Counted from the first letter of the stretch, positions 18,015 through 26,213 are shown. The stretch is DNA of 55,008 bases from Candidatus Kerfeldbacteria bacterium CG15_BIG_FIL_POST_REV_8_21_14_020_45_12 (GCA_002781785.1 PFGC01000042.1:14746-69753); one strand, 5' to 3'. Notes: generated by a model not told the origin, from the letters alone. Numbers and translations: made by a program.

Positions 18015-20870
18015 CTAATTAACCCACCCACTAGCCACACGCACTGCAAACGTACCGGAACCAAAAGGGAAAAAAGTGTGCTTTTCTTCACCCTCTTTAG
18101 TAAAAACTGAAACTGCTGACTGAGTATCTCCGTTGGTTCCAGCAATTAATCGATCTTCTTTCTGTTGATTTAAATCACCTCCACCCACAGTAGCTCCTGC
18201 CGTATATGACTCAGTAAAAACAGAGAAGCCTGGACTTATGGCTACTAACTGATCCTCATTTTTTTCAAACATCAAAGTATGTGATGAACTACTAACTGGA
18301 GTGACTGCTAAAACATCATTACCGCTACCAAAGTTAGTTCGCGCAACCCTTACGCCTCCATGAAAAGATTCATCGTAAACATTCATATTAGTCAGCACCG
18401 CTCCAGTGCGACCGTTGTATACCATAACCTGAGGTCCACCGCCTTGACCGGCACCAACTACGATTTCATCAATACCATCTCCGTTCCAATCAAGTCCCGT
18501 CACGTAAGTGCCGCCAGTAAAAACCCCATCCAGAGCCATAAACGACAAGATTTCTGAACCATTTTTTTCAAAAACACGCACGTGCGGTGACCCCCCTTCT
18601 CCCGGCACAGTCACAATTTCATCTAAACCGTCACCGTCAAAATCACCTGTCCCTACTCGTACGCCACCACTAAATCCTGGGTCATAAGCTAAAAATTGTT
18701 CGAGTCGCTCACCGTCTCCGTCAAACACGCCAACCAGAGGTAAGCTACCAGCATCCAAAGCTACTACAACTTCATCTTTTTTATCTGCATCAAACTGACC
18801 CACTGCCACTTCAACTCCCGTCCGCAAGTTCTCGTCAAAAGCATACCAAGTTTCTTCAAACGATCTATTTTTCAAATTATAAATCCTAACCTGCGGCGCA
18901 CCGCCCGGACCAGCTCCAACCACTACCCGTTCACGTGGATAAAACTTGCGGGTATTTTTCGTGGAGGTTGCTACGTTAGATAAATCGTCCTTGGCTCGCA
19001 CTCGATACTGATACCGCTTGTTCCGCTTCACACTCGAATCGGTAAAAGCTGTATCAGTGCTAGCTACAGAACCAATTTTCTTAAAATCACCATTGGCACT
19101 TAAATTTTTTCGCCTTACTATGTAGCGACTAACATGCTGGCCTTTGACTTTATTCCACTCAACCTTAACGCCGTCAGAGACCAGACTGGTTGTCACTCCT
19201 TCTGGCTCAGCCACCTCAGTATCAATAATGTACTCGTGCGTCGACGCTGTAACTGTCACATCATTCGCATTATCCAGAGACTTTAATCTCAAATAGTAAG
19301 AGACATCGTCTCCACTAATTTTACTACTTGGCTCAAACGATCGAGCGGTTTGAAAAGTTCCCTCCAACTCCGGATCAGCCTGCGCATCCGTTCCAAAATA
19401 TACATAGTACCCGGCAATACCATCAGGATCAGATGGTTCTGACCAGGAAAAATATGGCTTTCTGTCAGCCTTTCTAGCTCCATCGCTATAGGTTTTATTT
19501 AGACTAGCTGCGTTATAAGCAGAAATAGTAGGGGCCGGTGGATTATCCAACACTTCCAAGCCTGCCAGAGCGGTGGCAGCGTCTACTCTACCAACTCCAT
19601 ACTTAGATTCCAGTCCAGTATCAACAGCACTACTAGTAAGTACGTCATAAAATTGTGAGTCAGTAATGTCAGAACGTTCTGCTTTCAACAAAGCAGCTAC
19701 TCCCACGACTACTGGAGTGGCCATAGAAGTTCCACTCATGTAACCATAGTCTGTCGTAAAATCATTGGTTGGATCATCTGTGTACAAAGTTGAATAAATA
19801 TTCTCACCAGGAGCGGCAATATCCGCGCAATCAGTTCCATAGTTAGTGAAATATGAGGCCTCCCCATCATAGCCCACTGAGGTCACTCCAATTACATCAT
19901 CATAACAAGCTGGATAAAACCCCAAGTCATTTACACTAAGACCGTTATTGCCTAACGCTGAAACGACTAACACGCCATGACTTACGGCATATGCCACAGC
20001 GCTCTCCAGCGCCGAGGTAGTACCAAAACCACCCAAGCTCAAATTAATAATGCTAGCTCCATTGTCCACGGCATACTCAATACCCTCAGAAATTTCAGCA
20101 TCACCCCCTGCCCCTTCGTCGTCCAATACCTGAACCGCCATAATCGACACCTGCCAATTAACACCTGCTACACCAATTGAATTATTCCCCACTCCACCAA
20201 TAATTCCAGCCACGTGTGTACCGTGAGTGGTGCCACTGTCTACACCATTGTAATCATCGTCATTACTACCATTTGGTGAAGGTGTCGGATCACCATTGCC
20301 GTCAACAAAATCATATCCGTTTACATCATCAACATAACCATTGCCGTCATCATCAATACCGTTTCCGACAACCTCTCCCTCATTCACCCAAATATTATCG
20401 GCAATGTCTTCGTGATCAAGATCGACTCCAGAATCAATCACCGCCACGACAACTTCGCTAGATCCGGCCTGAGTGTCCCAAGCTGTCTCCGATGAAATAC
20501 TGACATCATCCTGATAATGATGCCATTGAAAAGCATACTTGGCATCGCTTGGCGTAGCCGTTGCTCGTCTGATTACCTCACGCTCAACTGTCAAAATAGA
20601 GGCGTCGCCCGCTAATTGCTCAACATAGGATTCTGCACTAACCTCCGCTGGAATTGTAACTGATTCAATTTCAGAAATACTAGGCTGCTCCCCCAACATA
20701 AATGCAGTCCAATCATTGATTGTAGGAGCGTAACGCACCAGGACAACATCTTCTGAGTATTCTGGAGTCGGAAAATTATCAGCCAAGACCGGTGAAATTC
20801 TAAAAAAAACAGCGCCCATCACGCCTGGAAGTAGCAACCATCGCCACTTTTTCACAAAATGAATCATCAA
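18015..20870 (-). CDS. Secreted subtilisin-like serine protease (S8) with FN3-like domains and C-terminal FG-GAP/VCBS repeats (951 aa)
   Basis: Signal/TM segment WRWLLLPGVMGAVFF. Catalytic triad AVIDSGVDLDH, HGTHVAGIIGG and SGTSMATPVV. FN3-like VKVEWNKVKGQHVSRYIVRRK...YQYRVRA. Repeats GDFDGDGLDEIV, LDWNGDGIDEIVVGAG and GQFDADKKDEVVV. Confidence 0.9.
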   Translation of the reverse strand: MMIHFVKKWRWLLLPGVMGAVFFRISPVLADNFPTPEYSEDVVLVRYAPTINDWTAFMLGEQPSISEIESVTIPAEVSAESYVEQLAGDASILTVEREVIRRATATPSDAKYAFQWHHYQDDVSISSETAWDTQAGSSEVVVAVIDSGVDLDHEDIADNIWVNEGEVVGNGIDDDGNGYVDDVNGYDFVDGNGDPTPSPNGSNDDDYNGVDSGTTHGTHVAGIIGGVGNNSIGVAGVNWQVSIMAVQVLDDEGAGGDAEISEGIEYAVDNGASIINLSLGGFGTTSALESAVAYAVSHGVLVVSALGNNGLSVNDLGFYPACYDDVIGVTSVGYDGEASYFTNYGTDCADIAAPGENIYSTLYTDDPTNDFTTDYGYMSGTSMATPVVVGVAALLKAERSDITDSQFYDVLTSSAVDTGLESKYGVGRVDAATALAGLEVLDNPPAPTISAYNAASLNKTYSDGARKADRKPYFSWSEPSDPDGIAGYYVYFGTDAQADPELEGTFQTARSFEPSSKISGDDVSYYLRLKSLDNANDVTVTASTHEYIIDTEVAEPEGVTTSLVSDGVKVEWNKVKGQHVSRYIVRRKNLSANGDFKKIGSVASTDTAFTDSSVKRNKRYQYRVRAKDDLSNVATSTKNTRKFYPRERVVVGAGPGGAPQVRIYNLKNRSFEETWYAFDENLRTGVEVAVGQFDADKKDEVVVALDAGSLPLVGVFDGDGERLEQFLAYDPGFSGGVRVGTGDFDGDGLDEIVTVPGEGGSPHVRVFEKNGSEILSFMALDGVFTGGTYVTGLDWNGDGIDEIVVGAGQGGGPQVMVYNGRTGAVLTNMNVYDESFHGGVRVARTNFGSGNDVLAVTPVSSSSHTLMFEKNEDQLVAISPGFSVFTESYTAGATVGGGDLNQQKEDRLIAGTNGDTQSAVSVFTKEGEEKHTFFPFGSGTFAVRVASGWVN

Positions 20871-21015
20871 CTAACTTGTTTTTTTGTTTTCGTACTTTAA
20901 CATTCTAACATTTTTTGACCATTTTGGCAAGGTCTTATGGCTTGGTTTTACAGTACGCAAATTTTAAAAACTTACCCAAAAAAAATCACAGTGGGATCAC
21001 CCAGTTATATTAATT

Positions 21016-21045
21016 TTGACAATATTAGCAACCATACGGTAAAAC
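21016..21045 (+). promoter_or_regulatory. Candidate promoter for the GC-rich HAD-like gene
   Basis: TTGACA (21016-21021), 18-nt spacer, TAAAAC (21040-21045). It sits in AT-rich DNA immediately left of the GC-rich block. Confidence 0.3.
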
Positions 21046-21091
21046 TCAACGACCACTTGAGGAATCCTCCCTAAGTGCCACCGGAGCCCGT

Positions 21092-21892
21092 ATGATCAAT
21101 GCAACTCGGTATCTAGACAGACAAGTCGTACATCCAGTGACCCTGGCCGCCAAGCTCCAAGCTCTGGCGGAAGTCACTACCAATACAGCTCCCCTGAGCG
21201 TCCAGCACCTGCTGGCCGATCTGGATGACTGTTCTCTGGACACGAGTCCGCGCACCGTCCATCTACTGGGAGACTTCCTGGATGATTCCTTCCCAGGAGA
21301 CTCCAAAGCAGCACAGGCGCTGGCCGCGGCGCAAAAGCTGGTAGAGCTGGGGCAGGTGCCATACCTGGCTCGCGAGCTCTGGTTGACTGTCATGGGACAA
21401 GAGGGCGACAAGCACATCGGTGATTGGTTCGCCTACTGGCAAGCCCACTTCTTCACCAACGAAGCGCTCGTCCACGACCTGCCGCACCCCGGCGTGGTGA
21501 AGTGGCTCCAAGGCCTAGACGCCAACTTCCCCAAAGTGGGATACCTGACCGGTCGACACCGACCCAACCCTAGCAGTCGACACCCATCTGGGATGGAGCT
21601 GGGCACCATGGCCACGCTCTGGAAGCATCGGTTCCCCCTGGGACCCCTCTACATGAAGGGCCAGTGGGGAGGAGACGACACCGCCTACAAGCAGGGCCTC
21701 TTCCAGCAGCTTCTGGCTGCAGGGGAAGTCTACCCCCTGGGCTACATCGACAACGAACCCAGCTGTGTCATCGCCCACCACGAGGTCATGACGGCCGCCT
21801 CCTTGCCCCACCTCTCGGTTTGGTTCAAGGGAGTCTGTCAGAAGCCAGCTGATCTCCCGCCGGATATTCTCGTGCTCGAATCTTTCGAGTAG
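21092..21892 (+). CDS. HAD-superfamily-like hydrolase (tentative), encoded in a GC-rich island
   Basis: 266 aa. Candidate HAD motifs in the expected order: HLLADLDDCSLDT (DxDx-), VGYLTGR (motif II Thr), YMKGQ/AYKQG (Lys), GYIDNEP (acidic motif IV). GGAG lies 5 nt before the ATG. Antisense ORFs here are GC artefacts. Confidence 0.45.
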   Translation: MINATRYLDRQVVHPVTLAAKLQALAEVTTNTAPLSVQHLLADLDDCSLDTSPRTVHLLGDFLDDSFPGDSKAAQALAAAQKLVELGQVPYLARELWLTVMGQEGDKHIGDWFAYWQAHFFTNEALVHDLPHPGVVKWLQGLDANFPKVGYLTGRHRPNPSSRHPSGMELGTMATLWKHRFPLGPLYMKGQWGGDDTAYKQGLFQQLLAAGEVYPLGYIDNEPSCVIAHHEVMTAASLPHLSVWFKGVCQKPADLPPDILVLESFE

Positions 21893-21974
21893 ACCAGCAA
21901 TTCGAGTCTGAAGTAAAAAACCAAGACTTAAGTTGCTTACTCTGAATGATTCGAGTTCTTTTTTTAACAACAAA

Positions 21975-21995
21975 TTCGGTTTTTCTTCGGTTATC
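21975..21995 (+). promoter_or_regulatory. Operator-like repeat, copy 1 (TTCGGTTTTTCTTCGGTTATC)
   Basis: Near-identical 21-mer to 22014-22034 (20/21 matches), 39 bp upstream of it. Each copy contains TTCGG twice at 11-bp spacing. Confidence 0.45.
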
Positions 21996-22007
21996 CACAG
22001 GGACTAT

Positions 22008-22036
22008 TTGACGTTCGGTTTTTCTTCGGGTATCTT
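22008..22036 (+). promoter_or_regulatory. lexA promoter with operator-like repeat copy 2 filling the spacer
   Basis: TTGACG (22008-22013), 17-nt spacer, TATCTT (22031-22036). The spacer is TTCGGTTTTTCTTCGGG, part of repeat copy 2 (22014-22034). The lexA ATG is at 22064. Confidence 0.45.
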
Positions 22037-22063
22037 GTCTCTATCACCAACCAACAGAAATTT

Positions 22064-22687
22064 ATGACGAAGGTCCTTCCTAAAAAAAAGCGTGAGATTC
22101 TCTCCTTCCTAGAAGATTTCATCTCCGACCGTGGCTACGCTCCCACCCTCAAAGACATTGCTGATCACTTTGGCCTCTCCTCTACTGCAACTGTCCACGA
22201 GCATATTGCCTACCTAGAAGAACATGGCTTCATAACAAGAGACGACGGCGAGATTGGTCTAGCACTCCAGAGACAAGCCCAAGATGACAGCGATAATTAC
22301 CTAGCTGGATCTGCCTTTCAACTACCCATTGTCGGACTCATTACAGCCGGCGCCCCGATAGAAGCCATTGAAGATCGCACTGCCATGCTAACCGTGCCTC
22401 GCGAACTAGCTAGTCGTCCAGATTGCTATATTCTCAAAGTCAAAGGCGACTCAATGGTTGAAAGCTTGATTGACGACGGTGATTTCGTGGTCATCCAAAA
22501 ACAAGATTTTGCTAGAGATGGAGATATCGTAGTAGCTCTACTTGAGGATGGCGGCGCTACCCTCAAGGAATACCATAAAGAAAGAAATTACGTTCGCCTC
22601 CAACCAAAAAATAAGAAGTACGATCCTATTAAAGTAAAGAATGTTATCATTCAAGGAAAAGTTGTTGGCATCATTCGTCAGTTCTAA
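22064..22687 (+). CDS. lexA: LexA repressor (S24 peptidase)
   Basis: wHTH LKDIADHFGLSSTATVHEHIAYLEEHGFI, cleavage region ITAGAPIEA, catalytic Ser in VKGDSM, and GGATLKEY..RLQPKN. Confidence 0.92.
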   Translation: MTKVLPKKKREILSFLEDFISDRGYAPTLKDIADHFGLSSTATVHEHIAYLEEHGFITRDDGEIGLALQRQAQDDSDNYLAGSAFQLPIVGLITAGAPIEAIEDRTAMLTVPRELASRPDCYILKVKGDSMVESLIDDGDFVVIQKQDFARDGDIVVALLEDGGATLKEYHKERNYVRLQPKNKKYDPIKVKNVIIQGKVVGIIRQF

Positions 22688-22697
22688 AGCTAAGACT

Positions 22698-23006
22698 ATG
22701 AGTTTCGCATCAAATACACCTGTTCACTTTATACCAGGAGTTGGCCACCGCACCGCCAAGGTGCTTCATAACCTAGGACTACATACCGCTGGACAACTCA
22801 ATAGCGTTCCAGAACAACTCCTCATAGAAATATTTGGCCCAAGCATTCGCACGGTCTTGCAGACCTTGCACCTTACTACCAGAAAGAAGGATCAAAAATA
22901 CACATCCACCTCTGTCCAGCATGCAACAGTAGAAGTTGAAAAATCAAATAAGAAATCGTTGTCATCTAGAATCAGATTTGCCGCCCAGGTGCTCAGTCTT
23001 AGTTAA
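22698..23006 (+). CDS. Stand-alone Y-family polymerase (DinB) thumb/HhH-like fragment (102 aa); possibly a gene remnant
   Basis: PVHFIPGVGHRTAKVLHNLGLHTAGQLNSVPEQLLIEIFGPSIRTVL matches the DinB thumb pattern (IPGVG.k....L...Gi.T.gdL......L...FG). No palm/fingers lie upstream and no little finger follows. Start set at ATG 22698, 11 nt after the lexA stop. Confidence 0.55.
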   Translation: MSFASNTPVHFIPGVGHRTAKVLHNLGLHTAGQLNSVPEQLLIEIFGPSIRTVLQTLHLTTRKKDQKYTSTSVQHATVEVEKSNKKSLSSRIRFAAQVLSLS

Positions 23007-23013
23007 CCAAAAA

Positions 23014-23046
23014 CAGGAGTAGGAAAGGGAGAGCCTACTCCTTTTT
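23014..23046 (+). terminator. Intrinsic terminator of the lexA / dinB-fragment unit
   Basis: aggagtagg (23014-22) pairs with cctactcct (23033-41), followed by a T-run. Confidence 0.65.
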
Positions 23047-23051
23047 GGATT

Positions 23052-23060
23052 TGCTATACT
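23052..23060 (+). promoter_or_regulatory. Extended -10 promoter (TGcTATACT), probably giving a leaderless mRNA
   Basis: TG at 23052-53 and TATACT at 23055-60. The ATG of the next gene starts 7 nt after the -10 (23067), and there is no SD. Confidence 0.4.
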
Positions 23061-23066
23061 ATCAAC

Positions 23067-23672
23067 ATGACTAATCTCACGCCAAAGATATTTTGTATTG
23101 GCCTGTCTCGGACCGGCACCACTACATTAACTCAGGCCCTTCGAATACTTGGATTTACAGCGTTGCATTATCCGCTTGGCTGTTTCGAAATACAAAGAGA
23201 CCAGCTTTTACCTATTCCTGAACGATTTGCTTCAGCTGATGCTTTTACTGACACTCCGATTGCCCTGACCTATCAAAAGCTTGATAGATTATTTCCAGGA
23301 TCAAAATTTATCCATACTATAAGACCCATAGAAAGTTGGCTCAGCTCCTGCGAAAAAATTATTGGGCGACCCATTACAAAAGAACAGCCTCTGTGGTGGA
23401 GAGATGAACAAAATGGTCTATGGGAAAATGATGGCCCAAAAAAAATGATTCTTATTAGAGAGCAACTATTTGGTTCGCCACTTTTCGATAAAGAAAAATA
23501 CCGTCAAGCGCATTCTCGTCACGCCAGTGAAATCGCTGAATACTTTACCGGTCGCTCTCAGGATATTCTTAATATAAGTATATCCCAAGGTGATGGTTGG
23601 GAATTGATCTGTAAATTCCTCAATCTTCCGATTCCAAGCGAGCCCTTTCCTCACTTAAACAGCTCGATCTAA
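23067..23672 (+). CDS. Sulfotransferase-family protein (Sulfotransfer_4-like P-loop fold)
   Basis: PAPS-loop-like IGLSRTGTTTL near the N-terminus, FPGSKFIHTIRPIESWLSS, and C-terminal GWELICKFLNLPIPSEPFPHLN, typical of that family. Confidence 0.65.
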   Translation: MTNLTPKIFCIGLSRTGTTTLTQALRILGFTALHYPLGCFEIQRDQLLPIPERFASADAFTDTPIALTYQKLDRLFPGSKFIHTIRPIESWLSSCEKIIGRPITKEQPLWWRDEQNGLWENDGPKKMILIREQLFGSPLFDKEKYRQAHSRHASEIAEYFTGRSQDILNISISQGDGWELICKFLNLPIPSEPFPHLNSSI

Positions 23673-24478
23673 AATAATTGCCCCTGGTGGGCATATACCT
23701 GACCAGTTTCATGTATAGCCCAGACATTTGAAACTTGAAATTTATCCTTGTTGTTCATCTGAACACAATAGGCATCAAATCTTTCACCATCATAATCTAG
23801 GATCTCTACATTCAAAGTGACCACCTCTTTTTTGTTTAACTCATCTACCTGAAAATATTCTATCTCCAACGATTCGTGTTTTTTAAAGGCCTCAGCCAAC
23901 CTATCAGCAATAGACTGACTGCCATCCGACCACTTTACTGGAATTGGCTTTCTTTCACCGCCAGATGGATAAAATATACGCCCGTGCTTTAATCCGTATT
24001 CATAAACATCTCTTGTCACCTCAACATCCATCAGGCAGTACTTGGCCAAAGATTCTAAATCTCCAGAACGATACCAACGAATTGCATCCAAACCATCGCC
24101 AGACTTTCCCTTATACAAAGTTGCCTGCGCCACATTATCTAGTTTCACCCGATGTCCAAGTGTATTATTTATCTCCTCCAAAATATCTAGGTGCGGCAGC
24201 GCAGCCAGGTCTATGTTAGGAAAATAAGGCTGCATAACAGGAACATCGAAATTCTTAGAATTAAACCCGATTAACATTGGTTTCTCATCTATCAATATTT
24301 TTTCAAGCATTGGCAGCTCGTCCTCTAAAAAGCCGAACATCTTATTCTGAGAATAAGAATATACACCAATATAGGAGATGCCCAACTGTTCTTTATTATC
24401 ATACCCGCCAACTTCATCGAAAGTTTTCTGGGTCTCTACGTCGAATACGACGCGATTTGATGAAGTGTGATCTAGCAT
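23669..24478 (-). CDS. RNase H-fold 3'-5' exonuclease (PolB-exo/YprB-like) fused to a C-terminal WYL-like domain
   Basis: ExoI VFDVET, ExoII GFNSKNFDVPV, ExoIII YCLMDVEVT. The C-terminal ~70 aa (ERFDAYCVQMNNKDKFQVSNVWAI) resembles the WYL..AYC....R.F.l.RI pattern. Start moved to ATG 24478 (MLDHTSS). Confidence 0.6.
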   Translation of the reverse strand: MLDHTSSNRVVFDVETQKTFDEVGGYDNKEQLGISYIGVYSYSQNKMFGFLEDELPMLEKILIDEKPMLIGFNSKNFDVPVMQPYFPNIDLAALPHLDILEEINNTLGHRVKLDNVAQATLYKGKSGDGLDAIRWYRSGDLESLAKYCLMDVEVTRDVYEYGLKHGRIFYPSGGERKPIPVKWSDGSQSIADRLAEAFKKHESLEIEYFQVDELNKKEVVTLNVEILDYDGERFDAYCVQMNNKDKFQVSNVWAIHETGQVYAHQGQLF

Positions 24479-24516
24479 TACCTTAATGTATACAAAATAT
24501 CGACAAGCGTGAAGCC

Positions 24517-25293
24517 CTAGGCTTGCTCGTCCTGCAACATTAATTCTATCTGCTGCTTGGCCGGACAAATTGATAGGTAGTCGCAATTCTTACAATATTT
24601 GTTTGGCGTCGGACCAAACTCACGTTCTTTTTCAATTTCAGCTACTCGTTCCTTAACAATTTCCACAGCTTCATCAGCTTCATCTTGAGATATCTCAACC
24701 GTATGCCACTCCCAGGTTGGCAAATACAAATAACTAGCTTTCGTTACAGGTTTCTTTTGGTTTGCTGAAACAATTAACGCATACAAAATAAGTTGCAATG
24801 TATTTACATCGTTAGGGTCAAACTTGCCTGTCTTATAATCAATCACATGCAGTGACCCATCCTCCAGCTCATCAGCTCGGTCAATCCTACCAATAATTTT
24901 CAGTTGGGGGCTTACCTCTACATCATAGTAATCCTCGAGCATAGCCGGTGTTACAGAGGTGTCCATTCTATGAGCAAATAATCTAAGCATGCTTAGCGCC
25001 TTCACTCCCCACTTAGCCTCATCCTCTCTATTGGCAAAGCCCTCCCTATTTTCACGCCACCTCCGACGCAATATCATTTCAAGATTTTCGTAGGTACGGT
25101 CCGACACATCAAGCTGCTGATAAAAATCATGCAAAGCATTGTGGACGTGAGCCCCCATGGTCAAATATGGTTTCGGCGTTTTATATTCCTTATCAAGATG
25201 ATCAATGTACGTAAACTTATACTGCTGCGGGCAGAGTTCAAACATATTCAATCTAAACGGAGAAGCTCGGAACATGCTACCGAAAGTGCTCAT
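24517..25293 (-). CDS. PD-(D/E)XK nuclease, Cas4/AddB-type with a 4-Cys cluster
   Basis: N-terminal Cys (FELCPQQYKF), core GRIDRAD...LHVIDYKTGK, and C-terminal CKNCDYLSIC. Confidence 0.75.
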   Translation of the reverse strand: MSTFGSMFRASPFRLNMFELCPQQYKFTYIDHLDKEYKTPKPYLTMGAHVHNALHDFYQQLDVSDRTYENLEMILRRRWRENREGFANREDEAKWGVKALSMLRLFAHRMDTSVTPAMLEDYYDVEVSPQLKIIGRIDRADELEDGSLHVIDYKTGKFDPNDVNTLQLILYALIVSANQKKPVTKASYLYLPTWEWHTVEISQDEADEAVEIVKERVAEIEKEREFGPTPNKYCKNCDYLSICPAKQQIELMLQDEQA

Positions 25294-26101
25294 CTACAAT
25301 TAACTTCAACTCCTCCTCATCGGCGACCCAATAATACAAGTCTTTTCCGAAGTCCGGCGTATAAATACGAGCACTGGCACCAGGCACCTCGCCTTCTTCT
25401 ATTTCACCGATACTAACATTACCTCGTCTGGCAATGCCGGCACCGACTAAAAAGTGCGTCAACCTAGTTTTACTGTAAGTCAGTCTTGCATCATTTGAAT
25501 CAGCGAAAAACTGCTGCAAAGCCTTAACCTTAGCAGGCTCCTTAATCTTGGTTAGTAGCGAGCGAAATATTTCACGACCATCAGCCTGGCGATCAAAATC
25601 TGATCTACCATCAGTAAATCTGTCACGCACCACGGCTAAGGCGTCAGCGCCATTTACATTTTTACCGTTTAACGTCGCTCCTCCGAGTGAATCAATGATT
25701 TCCTCAAAGCTTCCAAAGGTGACCTCCAAAGTGGCGTCAACTTTTATATCAAGTAAATCCTCAACAACGCTAGTAGTCAGAGTGTAATTTCCAAGTAGCT
25801 TTCCGTCATCTGACCGATCGCCTAGTGCATAAAAATGAGTAATCTTTTGCATTCCCCATTCGTCGTGATCAATTTTAGTGTCGCGTGGTATTGTTAAAAA
25901 ATATGGTTTCTCTTTGCCTTTTTTTGGTATGGACACAACAAACAAAACATCTGACCTAGCTCTCTCGGTTCCTCTCTGGTCAGATCCAATTACTAGCACA
26001 TTATACCTATCTGGTGCTGACACATATAAAAAAACTACAAGTGCGCCCGCCAACACAAACCAGCTAAGCAATAGACCAATAATAAATGCCAAAAATCGCA
26101 T
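25277..26101 (-). CDS. LytR-CpsA-Psr (LCP) family cell-envelope phosphotransferase
   Basis: N-terminal TM followed by NVLVIGSDQRG..ERARSDVLFVVSI...FLTIPRDT. Confidence 0.85.
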   Translation of the reverse strand: MRFLAFIIGLLLSWFVLAGALVVFLYVSAPDRYNVLVIGSDQRGTERARSDVLFVVSIPKKGKEKPYFLTIPRDTKIDHDEWGMQKITHFYALGDRSDDGKLLGNYTLTTSVVEDLLDIKVDATLEVTFGSFEEIIDSLGGATLNGKNVNGADALAVVRDRFTDGRSDFDRQADGREIFRSLLTKIKEPAKVKALQQFFADSNDARLTYSKTRLTHFLVGAGIARRGNVSIGEIEEGEVPGASARIYTPDFGKDLYYWVADEEELKLIVDEHFR

Positions 26102-26213
26102 AGCCCGTATTCTACAAGCTTAATTAGTTTTTGACGAGGGCAACTTTAAAAAAACTCTTTATGGACGAGCTCAAAGCCAAAATACCCTACTAATTGTACC
26201 AATCTATCTCCAA

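Noticed and set aside
21893-21963. Direct repeat ATTCGAGT(C/T)T (about 21898 and 21947) right of GC island 2, considered as a possible insertion-site duplication.
   Set aside because: Both copies lie on the same side of the island and none is on the left flank. The repeat is short (8-9 nt), so there is no evidence that it marks an integration event.
21046-21973. Antisense and alternative-frame ORFs in GC-rich island 2 (21046-21417-, 21177-21362-, 21263-21511-, 21433-21615-, 21515-21973-, 21664-21852+).
   Set aside because: These are the same GC artefact. They overlap the only frame with domain-like motifs and an upstream promoter and RBS.
26102-26213. A possible precursor-peptide ORF for the ATP-grasp trio in the spacer after gene C, for example the 10-codon MDELKAKIPY on the plus strand.
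   Set aside because: It is on the wrong strand relative to the operon, too short, and has no RBS or Asp/Glu/Thr-rich core typical of graspetide or RimK substrates.
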